Source of the DNA: Eledone cirrhosa
Lineage: Eukaryota
Length of the DNA stretch: 64,000 nucleotides
Assembly (NCBI GenBank): GCA_964016885.1
Contig: OZ024740.1
Coordinates: 366,792,001-366,856,000 of the forward strand
Reading direction: 5' to 3'
Shown: positions 14,868 to 27,339 of the stretch, piece by piece
How positions within the stretch are numbered: position 1 is the first letter of the stretch
Layout of the letters: the number at the start of each line of letters is the position of its first letter
Position numbers and translations under genes: made by a program
The notes under the pieces: model-generated
What the model was told of the DNA's origin: nothing
Databases searched by the model: none
The model's input: only the letters and a program-made list of their open reading frames with translations

Positions 14868-15076
14868 AAAATAGAATAGCTTTCACCGTATTTTTTTACT
14901 AAAGAAATTTTAGTCTGATAATGGGGTTTAGAACCCTCAGATAAATGGAAAAAGATAAGTATTGACGTGTATTGAAGTCAATACTCATCTTTTTCCATTT
15001 ATCTGAGGGTTCTAAACCCCATTATCAGACTAAAATTTCTTTAGTAAAAAAATACGGTGAAAGCTATTCTATTTTA
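14868..15076. repeat. Long fold-back inverted repeat, about 100-bp arms and 10-nt spacer
   Basis: aaaatagaatagc...gtattgac gtgtattgaa gtcaatac...gctattctatttt. Confidence 0.92.
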
Positions 15077-15139
<63 letters not shown>

Positions 15140-15426
15140 AATGTAATCTAAGTTTATCGAATATTAAGAACATTATTCGTTTCGTTTGCAATTATGCAAA
15201 CAGCCTCATTTTTTAAAGCCATGTCAGTAGAATGAGCCCCTCATTCTTGCTCTTGTGTTGGCATGTAAACAGAACTGCGGACACTAATATTTTTGGGTAT
15301 TATATATATATGTATATGTATATATATATGTGTCGGTAAAAGCAATGTGGATAGATAAATATTTAAATTATATTTTTTGAATTTATTTTGAAAGATTGTT
15401 TGAATTTTGCTTCTCCCGCTTATCTC

Positions 15427-15465
<39 letters not shown>

Positions 15466-15578
15466 TATGTATGTATGTATACGTACATACATATATGTAT
15501 ACAGACGTACAATAGTGTGTATATATATACATACATGCACACGTATATATGTATGTATATATATACATATATATGTAT

Positions 15579-16078
15579 GTTGGTGCTACTGGTAACATGT
15601 ATCCCAGTACAACCTGTCTCATGGTCGGGTCGTTGGCGACTAAACTGGCAACTCCACCAAGGTTTCTTGGTGAGGAGGGTGACTTTGGACATCCTGCAGG
15701 ACTAAAAACAAAACCTGTCAAAGGGCAAAGGAGCTCTTAAGAGTCAATGGCCATTCAAAATCACTGGGAGAGATGACCCCTTAGCCTTTGTCAAGGCTGA
15801 ATTCTAGGAGAAGGAAAACTCTGATATAACACCTGCAACCCTGATGGTATCCAATGATGTTGACTTGTTCTTCTTTTTGGTAAATATCATCTTGGTTAAG
15901 AGAGTGGGACTGGCTTTGTGCAGTGCCTTTGCTCACTATAAAAGCTTCACGGCACAGGCATTGCTTTATATCTGGAGATCTCTCTGCACTTGTCGTCACT
16001 CGTTCAGCGCATCGGTGGGAGTTCTCCTACATGGATATAAAGTAGTGGCCGTACTCGAAAACGAGTTGGCATCCACCA
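15579..16078 (+). mobile_element. RTE-type LINE 5' UTR fragment
   Basis: Contains ctaggagaaggaaaactctgat, a motif I recognise from RTE/Expander-type 5' UTRs; homologous to 49441-49910. Confidence 0.55.
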
Positions 16079-16209
16079 TATATGTATGTATATATATACA
16101 TACTACTGTACGTCTGTATACATATATGTATGTACGTATACATACATACTTACATTTAAGTAAGTGCCGTACGAAGAGTGAGAAATTTCATTTCATTTCA
16201 TTCTATTCC

Positions 16210-16279
<70 letters not shown>

Positions 16280-16484
16280 GTGAGGTTTTTTTTACAAATT
16301 GAAAAATAATCGAGGTGTCCTACACGAGTGAAAGTATAAAGAAAAAGAGATGAAATCGAAAATGCAACTGGAGTCTTATTTTTTTTTAAAATATATATAT
16401 TTATTTGGTTCTTTTACTGGTTTCGCAGCTCTTCTGCTTTTCAAAAGGTGAGTTGAGATGGAGGTCTGTGGTTTTTCTCACATC

Positions 16485-16866
16485 TTAAAATTTAAAATTT
16501 GTCCAGGTATCACGGCTATTGCCAATATAGGTTTGTTTTTATTGATTTATTATTTTAAATCGAGCCAGGCAAACCGTATTATTTTAATTAGTATTTTTCA
16601 ATCTAGCTAACTTGGTCATTTGCAATGCGAACACATGTATACTTGTATCAGTGTTTATCCCTATCATATATTCAAATGAATATATGATAGGGATAAACAC
16701 TGATACAAGTATACATGTGTTCGCATTGCAAATGACCAAGTTAGCTAGATTGAAAAATACTAATTAAAATAATACGGTTTGCCTGGCTCGATTTAAAATA
16801 ATAAATCAATAAAAACAAACCTATATTGGCAATAGCCGTGACACCTGGACAAATTTTAAATTTTAA
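16485..16866. repeat. Near-perfect palindrome, about 190-bp arms and 2-nt loop (16675-16676), built from a PLE endonuclease fragment
   Basis: One mismatch seen; right arm reads NTVCLAR...KQTYIGNS and the flank continues GTEIFLSL...YLNL, resembling the GIY-YIG at 31081-31728. Confidence 0.85.
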
Positions 16867-17264
16867 ATTTTAAATTTGTTTCGCCAATATATTATATATA
16901 TCATATATTCATTTGTATTACACGGCACAGAAATATTCCTTTCTTTGAGCTATTTAATTGTAAAAGACTATTTGAATTTATAACTCTATATATAATATAT
17001 ATATATATATATATATGTATTTGTATATATGTGGATATGTGCGTATGAATTTGTATGTGGTTATGTATGTTATTTATGTATGCATAAGCGGGTTTATATC
17101 TATATATACGTGTAAATATGTATGTGTGTATGTATGTATTTTATTTATGTGCGTATAAGTGGGTGTATATCTATATATATACGTGGATTTGTATTTATGA
17201 GTGTGTGTATGTATGTAGATGTGAATGTATGTTTTAGTGCACTGTACACAATGATTTAATTATC

Positions 17265-17388
17265 ATTCTGAGTTCAAATGCCGCCGAGGTTAACTTTGCC
17301 GTTCATCCTTACGGGATCGATAAAATAAAGTACCAGTAATGCACTGAGTAATTGCTGGCCTTGTGCCAAAAGTAGAAACAATTATATT
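17265..17388 (+). mobile_element. SINE family A, 5'-truncated
   Basis: B-box, core and tail. Confidence 0.8.
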
Positions 17389-17501
17389 ATATGTGTGTAT
17401 TTATGTATACGTTTATGTCTTTATTTTTTCCTTATCTTTTATAATATTTTTTATCAATTTTTATCAAGTTTATATTTTTATCTTCTTATATTTATCATAT
17501 A

Positions 17502-18526
17502 CTAGCAGTAAAGCCCGGCGTTGCTCGGGGTCGCTCAGTAGCTGTGTTAAAGTTACAATGTTAAGTTTCTTTTTTGGCTTAAAAACTGTAGTGTCTACTG
17601 TGCAGACTTGCATGTGGTGTTTTTGATTAATATTCCCTCAACCAACAATATGCCTTATGAAGTTAAGAAAACATAACGATAACCCGAATGTTATAACAAA
17701 AGAGGATGCTGGGGATAAAAACTGCACTGGTTATTTATTAACAAAGATCGAAAATGTAAACACTGCAACGCAGAGAAAAACATTAGCGTAACCAAATTAT
17801 CAGTTATGTCTGTCTGCACGCCTATATCACCTCTCTGCACGACTGTCTGTCTGCACGCCTATATCACCTCTCTGCACGACTGTCTGTCTGCACGCCTATA
17901 TCACCTCTCTGCACGACTATCTGTCTGCACGCGTATATCACCTCTCTGCACGACTGTCTGTCTGCACGCGTATATCACCTCTCTGCACGACTGTCTGTCT
18001 GCACGACTGTCTGTCTGCACGCCTAACGAAATTTACAGATACATATATTTTAAATAAACATATAATTTTTGCTTTTTTTTACGAAATATTTGCTTGTTTT
18101 ACGTAGTCTTTAAATAGACTTGTTTTCAAGTAAAAATATTGTTTTAAAAGGCTTTTAAATGGAAATGAAGCAAAACGGAAGTTTAGTGTTCGAACTGATG
18201 AATTTTGCAGGTCAAAATTTTGCTGGCTCGACAACTGTTCGTGTATTGTGTTAATGTCATTTTAAACGCTGAGAAAGCCAGCGTAATTTTTTTAAGACGC
18301 TCAATGTAAACAGAACAAAGGGAAATAACTCGTCACTTACGCTCAAAAATCGATACATTAGATTCGATTTCGTCACATAGGGTGGGTCAATTTGAAATAT
18401 TTTTTTCCGATGTCTTCGCTAGGGCTCAATGTACAAGTATAGCAATTTCGGTGCAATTCCGTCAGAGATTCTGAGAGGAGATGTGTGCCAAAAATCGATA
18501 GACAACCACAGCTTTATATATATAGA
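17502..18526 (-). mobile_element. Non-autonomous Helitron
   Basis: Minus strand begins TC (tctatatatataaag), ends with hairpin cccgagcaacgccggg then ctttactg-CTAG, inserted between A and T; second copy at 45584-47083. Confidence 0.88.
17807..18023. repeat. 37-bp minisatellite inside the Helitron (5 units plus partial)
   Basis: Unit tgtctgtctgcacgcctatatcacctctctgcacgac at 17807, 17844, 17881, 17918, 17955. Confidence 0.93.
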
Positions 18527-18691
18527 TTAAATTAAAAAAAATTATTTTTCTAGTAATGTGCTAGGGTGGTTTGGCGTTACATAGATTTTCCATAAATAAT
18601 GGCGTCTTTGCGAATTAAAAAAAAAAATGTAAACAATTTTTTAGCTGCTGGCTGTCGATTGCTTTCGTAATATTAAAATGAGGCTTTATTC

Positions 18692-18880
18692 GGTGAATTG
18701 GAAGCATCGGTAGAGCGTCAGACACCATGCTTTACAACATAGAGTTATGCCCTTTATGTCCCGAGTTCAAATCCCGCCGAGGTTAACTTTGCCTTTCATC
18801 CTTATGGGGTCGATAGAATAAAGTACCAGTAATGCTCTGGGATAATTGCTGGCCTTGTGCCAAAAGTAGAAACAATTATT
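18692..18880 (+). mobile_element. SINE family A
   Basis: Head, B-box, core and tail. Confidence 0.85.
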
Positions 18881-19147
18881 AAATAACTTGTTTTAAAATG
18901 CCCCAGGAAGGGGATGAAACGTTCGTAAATCAGCATTTAATGTATTTCTAGTGTAATTGTTATTTTTAGCACAATAGGATTTTGTATACATGCCTTTTGG
19001 GAAAATTCTTTCAACGGGGTATGATACATAGTCTTTTGTATTGCTTAATTTAATAAATTACTCTATTTTAAGCTGTGTTTAACTTCTCCACCTATCTTTA
19101 TAACTTTTATATTGTTTTTGTAAAAAACGATATTTATTTCATATATA

Positions 19148-19350
<203 letters not shown>

Positions 19351-19423
19351 ATATATATATATATAATTGAATAAAGTGACAGGAGGCCAGATTGATAATG
19401 ATAATAAAGTTTTTATTTTGCAG

Positions 19424-19475
19424 ACACTATATATATTTCAATGGACAGTAGAATTCCAGCGACATCATCAGGTGT
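19424..19475 (-). ncRNA. Minimal type I hammerhead ribozyme motif
   Basis: ACAC-CUGAUGA-UG(stem II)CA-UU-GAAA-UAUAUAUA-GUGU; 4-bp stem I, palindromic stem III. Confidence 0.65.
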
Positions 19476-19569
19476 ATTGCATAACAATCGTAAAAGAATC
19501 ATGGTAAACACAAACTGGAGACAATAAATAAAATTGAAGATATTTGTCTCAGGAGTGGTCTACTGACCG

Positions 19570-19881
19570 TCCCTGAATCATATATAAATATTTACACTAT
19601 TTTCGCACACACGCAACCATACATTCCCACGTATCCACACTATACATAAACACATACACACACGTGTGTATCCCCACATACACCCATTCCGCCTCCGGAT
19701 TCTGCACGCTCTCCCGCACTCCACCCGACCCCTATCCATCCACACGCACACACACATACAGACCTGCTCTCCTGATGAAGGGCTCATGCCCGAAATATCG
19801 CACCCACACTCCCCACTCTCAATAAGCGTGAACCTAATACCTTTCGTAACTTGTACTCTTGTGTTGTTGTTTTTTACTTTC

Positions 19882-19883
<2 letters not shown>
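19570..19883 (+). mobile_element. PLE 3' UTR/pseudo-LTR fragment with HHR-like core at 19772-19799
   Basis: CUGAUGA-A-GGGC-UCAU-GCCC-GAAA-UAUC; tail homologous to the reverse of 53255-53380; ends at (TA)n. Confidence 0.6.
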
Positions 19884-19950
<67 letters not shown>

Positions 19951-20457
19951 TAACAGATTAAAGTTTAAGCAAAGAATCGCTGCTTTCACCCTTAACGGGA
20001 TCTAAATTTATTATTACTACTATATATATATATATATATATATACACTGAGAGCAAGATAGAGAGAGAGAGGGAGAGGGGGAGAGAGAGAGAGAGAGAGA
20101 AAGAGAGAAAGAGAGAAAGAGAGAAAGAGAGAGAGAATCTTGCTACTCTGGGGTTTCACCTGTGTACCCAAGAGTAACAAGACTCATCATTTAGCTATGA
20201 TAAACAATATTATTAAACATTACATCGGTTTTGGGTCAACTTTGACTTTTATTTTTTCGAGGTCAATAAAAAAGTACCAGTCAAGTACTAGAGTTCATTC
20301 TTTCTCTATATACCTTTCTCACTTCTCTCTATCACTTTCTTTCTCGTTTTCAGGAACAAATCAGTTGTGTTAAGACCTGGAATTAAGGGGCCGGACACAT
20401 ACATATATCGATATTAAATACACATTCTTGCATCTGTTAGCATCCCACAGATCTCAC

Positions 20458-20556
<99 letters not shown>

Positions 20557-23500
20557 GCGGAGCGTTTAGGTTGGTAGCCGCCTACGGCCCTTTCGGGTCA
20601 ATGCGGCCGGACTTCTTCCATCGTCTGGAGACTTTTCTAGGGACGTCCCGCTCCTTGCTATTAGTGGGGGACTGGAATGATATCCTAGATGCACGCTGGG
20701 ACTACGTAGGGGCCTGTCCCGATAGAGAGGGGTGTAATAGCCTCAAAGGGTGAATCGGTCGATTTGACCTGGCCGATAGATATCGACTAGATTTTCCGAC
20801 TGCGCCAACCTGGACTTGGGCAAATCGCAGCGGATCATCTAGGTCGTACCTAGATAGGTTCTTAGTTAGAAATAAGGATAAGGACTTTTTAAGTTGTCCA
20901 AAAATGAGCATGGTTGGCTATTCAGACCACAAGTTAGTGAGCTGCATGGTCAACCTTGACAGAACGCATAGACAGGGACCCGGTTACTGGAAGCTCAACT
21001 TGTCCTTACCGGCAAGTAAGGCTTACAGGGACCGGATTAGCACTTTAGTTAAGGAGCGGTTGACGGGCGCCATCGCCAACAGCAGGTGGTGGGGATCTCT
21101 CAAAAGAGAGATTAGAGTAGTCTCTATAGAATTTAGTAAGGAGTTAGCCTCAAATAGAAATAGGAAGAAAAGGGAGCTGGTAGATAGTGTAGAAGAGGCA
21201 ATTAGAAGCGGCGACGTGGCCAGAGTGCTAGCGTCGAGAACGGCCCTGGGCCAGTTCTTCGACTCGAAACACGAAGGCTGCATCGTCCGAAGTAAAATAC
21301 GTGCTCTGGGAAACGAGGGTCCCAAAGCTGTTAGCTGGGCCCGCGTGACAGAAGCCAAAAGAGGGAGCAGATCCACTATCCGGTCTTTGCGAGACCAGGA
21401 TGGACGGGTGATCCTTGAACCTAAGCAGATGTGCGAGGCTTTTCAAAAGCACTTTGCCGGATTGTTCGGAAGGGGCGGGGAGCCGGTTGGGGATGTGGAC
21501 TTCGGTCCATACCTCGACGGCCTGCCGCGTCTCTCAGACAGGGAGGAGAAGTCCTGCGATTTCAGCCGCTGAGATAGAGGACGTGCTGAGTTAATGCGGC
21601 AAACGCAAATCCTCGGGTCTCGATGGTCTTCCATACGAACTGTATTTAGCTATGTCGGACTTGTTCCCCGAACTCCTCGAGGCGGTCTACTGCAACTGGC
21701 AACAGAACGGGAGAATTCCCTGTGCTGTGACCAAGGGCGTAGTCACGCTAGTGAGGAAGGACGAGAGCAAGGGGGACGACTTAAGTAACTTTAGGCCCAT
21801 AACTCTGCTGAATGCAGAGTTAAACATTTTGGCCAAGGTGTTAGCGAAGAGGTTGGCGCTTATGGTGGGTGGCTTGGTGGGAGACGCGCAGACATGCGCT
21901 ATCCCGTCCAGGTCCATTCACGACAACCTCCACCTCATGCGATACATCGTAGAGAGGGTTGGGAACGACCCGGCTTTGGTGGGGCCCTGATGAACTTGGA
22001 TCAATCTAAGGCGTTCGATAGGGTCGACCATGGTTTCCTGGATGCGGTGCTAGCGGCGGCGGGCTTCGGACCCGTTTTCAGGGGCTGGATCAATGCCATG
22101 CACAGGGGCAACGTCTGCTCTAGGGTTAAAGTAAACGGCTACCTCTCGGAGCCGTTTCAAATCACCCGGTCCATCAGGCAGGGGTGCCCTCTCTCCTCCC
22201 TTCTCTACGTATTGGCTCTCGAGCCACTGCTGCGGAAGTTGTAGTTGCTGCGCGGCATAACCCTGGAACCGGGATTGCACAAAGCGGTCTCGGTCTATGC
22301 CGACGACATAACAGTAATGGTGGCGGACGCCTCGGAAATCGGGGCGATCGCCACCCTACTGGAGGAATACGAAAGTCTGACGGGGGCTAGGCTACCGAGA
22401 CAAGTCAGTCGGTTTGCAACTCGGAACGTGGAGGAGCAAACCGATGCCGTTAGACGGTGTCGTCGTGGGCCCGGTGAAGCTGCTCGGGGTCTGGTTCGGA
22501 CCGGACCTCCAGGTGGAGAAGAATTGGGGCGAGGTGACTAGCAGGGTGTTTGCGCTGACCCAGAAGTGGGCCAAGTGCAAACTATCACTGAAAGGTCGGG
22601 CGGAGGTGGCGAACGCTTACATAGCGTCCGTCATCTAATACCGCCTGACCGTCGTGCCTTGCCCTAAGGAAACGATCACCATCATGGAGCGCATGCTCTT
22701 CCAGTTCCTCTGGAAGAAGCAGCTTCCCATGGTGAGGAGATCCATCTACTGCCAGCACCCTTCGAAAGGAGGGCTGGGTATGCCGTGGCTTTTGATGCGT
22801 AGGCACGCATTGAGGCTACGGCATCTACAGGTATTCCTCACAGGTCAGTCGGTGTGGGCCCCGTTTGTGAGGCGAGCCTTCCCACAGCTCGTCTCGCTCA
22901 CCAAGCTGCAATCCTGGGTGAAGCAAAGACCGAGAAAACTGGGCAACTGGCACACCGAGTGCGCCCAGGCGCTCACAGCTCTCTGGCAAGCGGACCCGAC
23001 TATCAGTGGAGAATCCACCTCGACATTCTATAGAGGGCTGGTGGCTAGCAGGGGCGACGACACCCTTGGAGAGTCGCTAGGCATGGAGGAGGACGAACTG
23101 GCCAGCCTGTTCGGTAGAACTTTCAGCCCGGGACCCATGGACAACTTCCAGAGGTCCCTAGCCTGGCAGTGCTACCGGGGGGCTCTGCCCGTTCGAGAAA
23201 AGCTCTACAGACACGGGCGCCCGGGCAGGGATCCCGCGAAAAAGATCTGTCCCAGATGCGTACGCTACGAGGAAACCGTTTCGCGCGCACTGGTACACTG
23301 CCCGGGCGTTGCCGATCTGTGGGGCTACGTCTAACGATTGCTGTCGCGTGTGGCGCCGATTCGATTGGCCGCCGAGTTCATGGTGAACATCAAACCGCCT
23401 CCTCCCTTAAGAAATGAAGCAGAGGCGGTCTTTCTGTGCGTAATAGCCATGATGAAAGAGGTTGTGTGGTGGACGCGCCTGAAAGGTCTGGGGTCGGGTG

Positions 23501-23894
23501 ACTTTCTCTCCGGCCAACACCTGGTTTACTTCTTCCGATACCACTTCGGAAGAAGGATCAGGATGGAGAAAGAAGTGCTTGGCCCCAGACAGTTTTATGA
23601 AAGGTGGGTGAAAATGGCGAGAATGGCTCGTGTAAATGGGCCTTCTCTCTACATTGTTCTGCAGGTGAAGAAGTGAAGAGGAAAGGGGGAGCGCCTCCTA
23701 TCTGGGCTTCCCCCGGAAAAAGGGTTGCACACTTTTCGGGGGTATGTGCAATCCCCAACACGCCTCCTCCCTTTTGAGGACTTTTTATTATTATATTATT
23801 CTTATTGTTATTCCTTTTTTCTTTACTCGCATTTATGTAAACTCCCCCCTGTGTATTTGTCCCTTCCTTTTGTGCCCTAGTGGCAAATATAAAA

Positions 23895-23895
<1 letters not shown>
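20557..23895 (+). mobile_element. Tx1-clade LINE ORF2 (APE-RT-CCHC), 5'-truncated and inactivated, copy 1
   Basis: VGDWN, SYLDRF, SDHKLV, GPGYWKLN, NFRPITLLN, LDQSKAFDRVDH, RQGCPLS, YADD, GGLGMP, CPRC...HC; stops and frameshifts; A-rich tail; (CTAT)n on both sides. Confidence 0.92.
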
Positions 23896-23972
<77 letters not shown>

Positions 23973-23974
23973 AT

Positions 23975-26895
23975 GCGGAGCGTTTAGGTTGGTAGCCGCC
24001 TACGGCCCTTTCGGATGAATGCGGCCGGACTTCTTCCATCGTCTGGAGACTTTTCTAGGGGCGTCCCGCTCCTTGCTATTAGTGGGGGACTGGAATGGTA
24101 TCCTAGATGCACGCTGGGACTACGTAGGGGCCTGTCCCGATAGAGAGGGGTGTAATAGCCTCAAATGGTTAATCCGTCGATTTGACCTGGCCGATAGATA
24201 TCGACTAGATTTTCCGACTGCGCCAACCTGGACTTGGGCAAATCGTAGCGGATCATCTAAGTCGTACCTAGATAGGTTCTTAGTTAGAAATAAGGATAAG
24301 GACTTTTTAAGTTGTCCAAAAATGAGCATGGTTGGCTATTCAGACCACAAGTTAGTGAGCTGCATGGTCAACCTTGACAGAACGCATAGACAGGGACCAG
24401 GTTACTGGAAGCTCAACTTGTCCTTACCGGCAAGTAAGGCTTACAGGGACCGGATTAGCACTTTAGTTAAGGAGCGGTTGACGGGCGCCATCACCAACAG
24501 CAGGTGGTGGGGATCTCTCAAAAGAGAGATTAGAGTAGTCTCTATAGAATTTAGTAAGGAGTTAGCCTCAAATAGAAATACGAAGGAAAGGGAGTTGGTA
24601 GATAGTGTAGAAGAGGCAATTAGAAGCGGCGACGTGGCCAGAGTGCTAGCGTCGAGAACGGCCCTGGGCCAGTTCTTCGACTCGAAACACGAAGGCTGCA
24701 TCGTCCGAAGCAAAATACGTGCTCTGGGAAACGAGGGTACCAAAGCTGTTAGCTGGGCCCGCGTGACAGAAGCCAAAAGAGGGAGCAGATCCACTATCCG
24801 GTCTTTGCGAGACCAGGATGGACGGGTGATCCTTGAACCTAAGCAGACGTGCGAGGCTTTTCAAAAGCACTTTGCCGGATTGTTCGGAAGGGGCGGGGAG
24901 CCGGTTGGGGATGTGGACTTCGGTCCATACCTCGACGGCCTGCCGCGTCTCTCGGACAGGGAGGAGAAGTCCTGCGATTTCAGCCGCTGAGATAGAGGAC
25001 GTGCTGAGCCAATGCGGCAAACGCAAATCCCCGGGTCTCGATGGTCTCCCATACGAACTGTATTTAGCTATGTCGGACTTGTTCCCCGATCTCCTCGAGG
25101 CGGTCTACTGCAACTGGCAACAGAACGGGAGAATCCCCTGTGCTGTGACCAAGGGCGTAGTCACGCTAGTGAGGAAGGACGAGAACAAGGGTGACGATAT
25201 AAATAATTTCAGGCCCATAACTCTGCTAAATACAGAGTTACAGATTTTGGCCAAGGTGTTGGCGAAGAGGTTGGCGCTTGTCGTGGGCAACCTGGTGGGA
25301 GATGCGCAGACATGTGCTATCCCGTCCAGGTCCATCCATGACAACCTCCACCTCATGCGATACATCATAGAGAGGGTTGGGAACGAACCAGACTTTGGTG
25401 GGGCCCTGATCAACTTGGATCAATCTAAGGCGTTCGATAGGGTCGACCATAGTTACCTGGATGCGGTGCTAGCGGCGGCAGGCTTTGGACCCGTTTTCAG
25501 GGGCTGGATCAATGCCATGCACAGCAGCCGCATCTGCGCTAGGGTCAAGGTGAACGTCTACCTCTCGGAGCCGTTCGAAATCGCGCGGTCCATCCGACAA
25601 GGGTGCCCTCTCTCCTCCCTTCTGTATGTAATGACTCTAGAGCCACTGCTGCGGAAGTTGGAGTTGTTGCAGGCATCCCGTTGGAACCGGGATTGCGGAA
25701 AGCGGTGTCGGCCTACGCCGACAACGTAACAGTAATGGTGTCGACGGCCTCGGAAATCGGGGCGATCGGCACCTTCCTGGATGAGTACGAAAGGTTTACA
25801 GGGGCTAAGCTGAACCGGGACAAGTCGATCTGTCTGCAACTCGGCACGTGCAGGGGCAGATCGATGCCCTCCGATGGCGTCGTCGGGCGCTGGACGGAGG
25901 GCCCGGTGAAGTTGCTCGGGGTCTGGTTCGGACCAGACCTCCAGGTGGAGAAGAACTGGGGTGAGGTAACGAACAGGGTGTTTGCACTGACCCGACTATC
26001 AGTGGAGAATCCACCTCGTCATTCTATAGAGGGCTGGTGGTTAGCAGGTGCGACGACGCCCTCGGAGAAGCCCTAGGCATGGAGGAAGACGAACTGGATA
26101 ACCTGTTCGGTAGGACATTCAGCCCGGGACCCATGCACAACTTTCAGAGGTCCCTGGCCTGGCAGTGCTACCGTGGGGCTCTGCCCGTTCGAGAAAGGCT
26201 CTACAGACACGGGCGCCCGGGTAAGGACCCCTCGAAAAAGATCTGTCCCAGATGCGTGTGCGACGAGGAAACCGTTGCACACGCTTTGGTAACTGCTCGG
26301 GCATTGCCGATCTGTGGGGCTATGTCGAACAACTGCTGTCAAGGGTGGGACCGATCCGGTTGACCACCGAGTCTATTGTAACGATCAAGCCGCCTCCCCT
26401 CTTCAAAAACGAAGGAGAGGCGGTTTTTCTGTGCGTAATAGCCATGGCGAAAGAGGTTGTATGTTGGACGCGTCTGAAAGGACTGAGATCAGACACCTTT
26501 CTCTCTGGCCAACAACTGGTCCGTTTCTTCCGATATCATTTTGGAAGAAGGATCAGGATGAAAGATGGGTGAAAGTGGCGAGAATGGCCCGTGTGAATGG
26601 GCCTTCACTCTACATCAGACTATAGGTGAAGAAGATGAAAGACCAAGGGAGCACCCCCTCTCTGTGCTCCTGAGGAGAAGGGTTGCACACTTAATTTCGT
26701 GGGTGTGTGTGAACCCCCAAGGCGCCTCCTCCCTATTGAGGATTTTGTTACAAAATTTATTTTGTTATATTTTATTTTATTTTTATACTTTTATATCTTG
26801 TTATTGCCTCCTCCATATTGAGGACGCCTTTGCATGTAAACTCCCCCTTTGTACTTGTCCCACTTTTGATGCCCTGGTGGCAAATAAAAAGAAAG
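23975..26895 (+). mobile_element. Tx1-clade LINE ORF2, 5'-truncated, copy 2 with 436-bp internal deletion
   Basis: Same motifs and same 5' start as copy 1; aataaaaag tail followed by ttatctattatctatc. Confidence 0.92.
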
Positions 26896-26949
26896 TTATC
26901 TATTATCTATCTACTTCTCTCTCTCTCTCTCTCTCGATAAATATATATA

Positions 26950-26980
<31 letters not shown>

Positions 26981-27248
26981 TTGTACACACACACACACAG
27001 ACACACACACATACACAGCCATACACTCACACAAACACACACGCACAGACACATATTCATTTGCTGGTGGTAAAACCTAAGGCTAATTTGATATTTCATA
27101 TCATTCGGAATTCTCACCTTCGTCATCATATTGAATTAAATTTTATCATTGAAATCTGAGTTGAATATAAAAAAAAATTCATAGTGAGTCTTCTTAATCG
27201 AGTCAATGTATTTCATATCATTGAAATTTATCACCCATAGATAATATA

Positions 27249-27336
<88 letters not shown>

Positions 27337-27339
<3 letters not shown>

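Noticed and set aside
17807-18023. 37-bp repeat as a CRISPR array
   Set aside because: Units are contiguous with no spacers; eukaryotic Helitron context; no cas genes
18885-18930. cccc-aggaa-gggg-at-gaaacgttc as an HHR
   Set aside because: The CUGANGA core is unrecognisable
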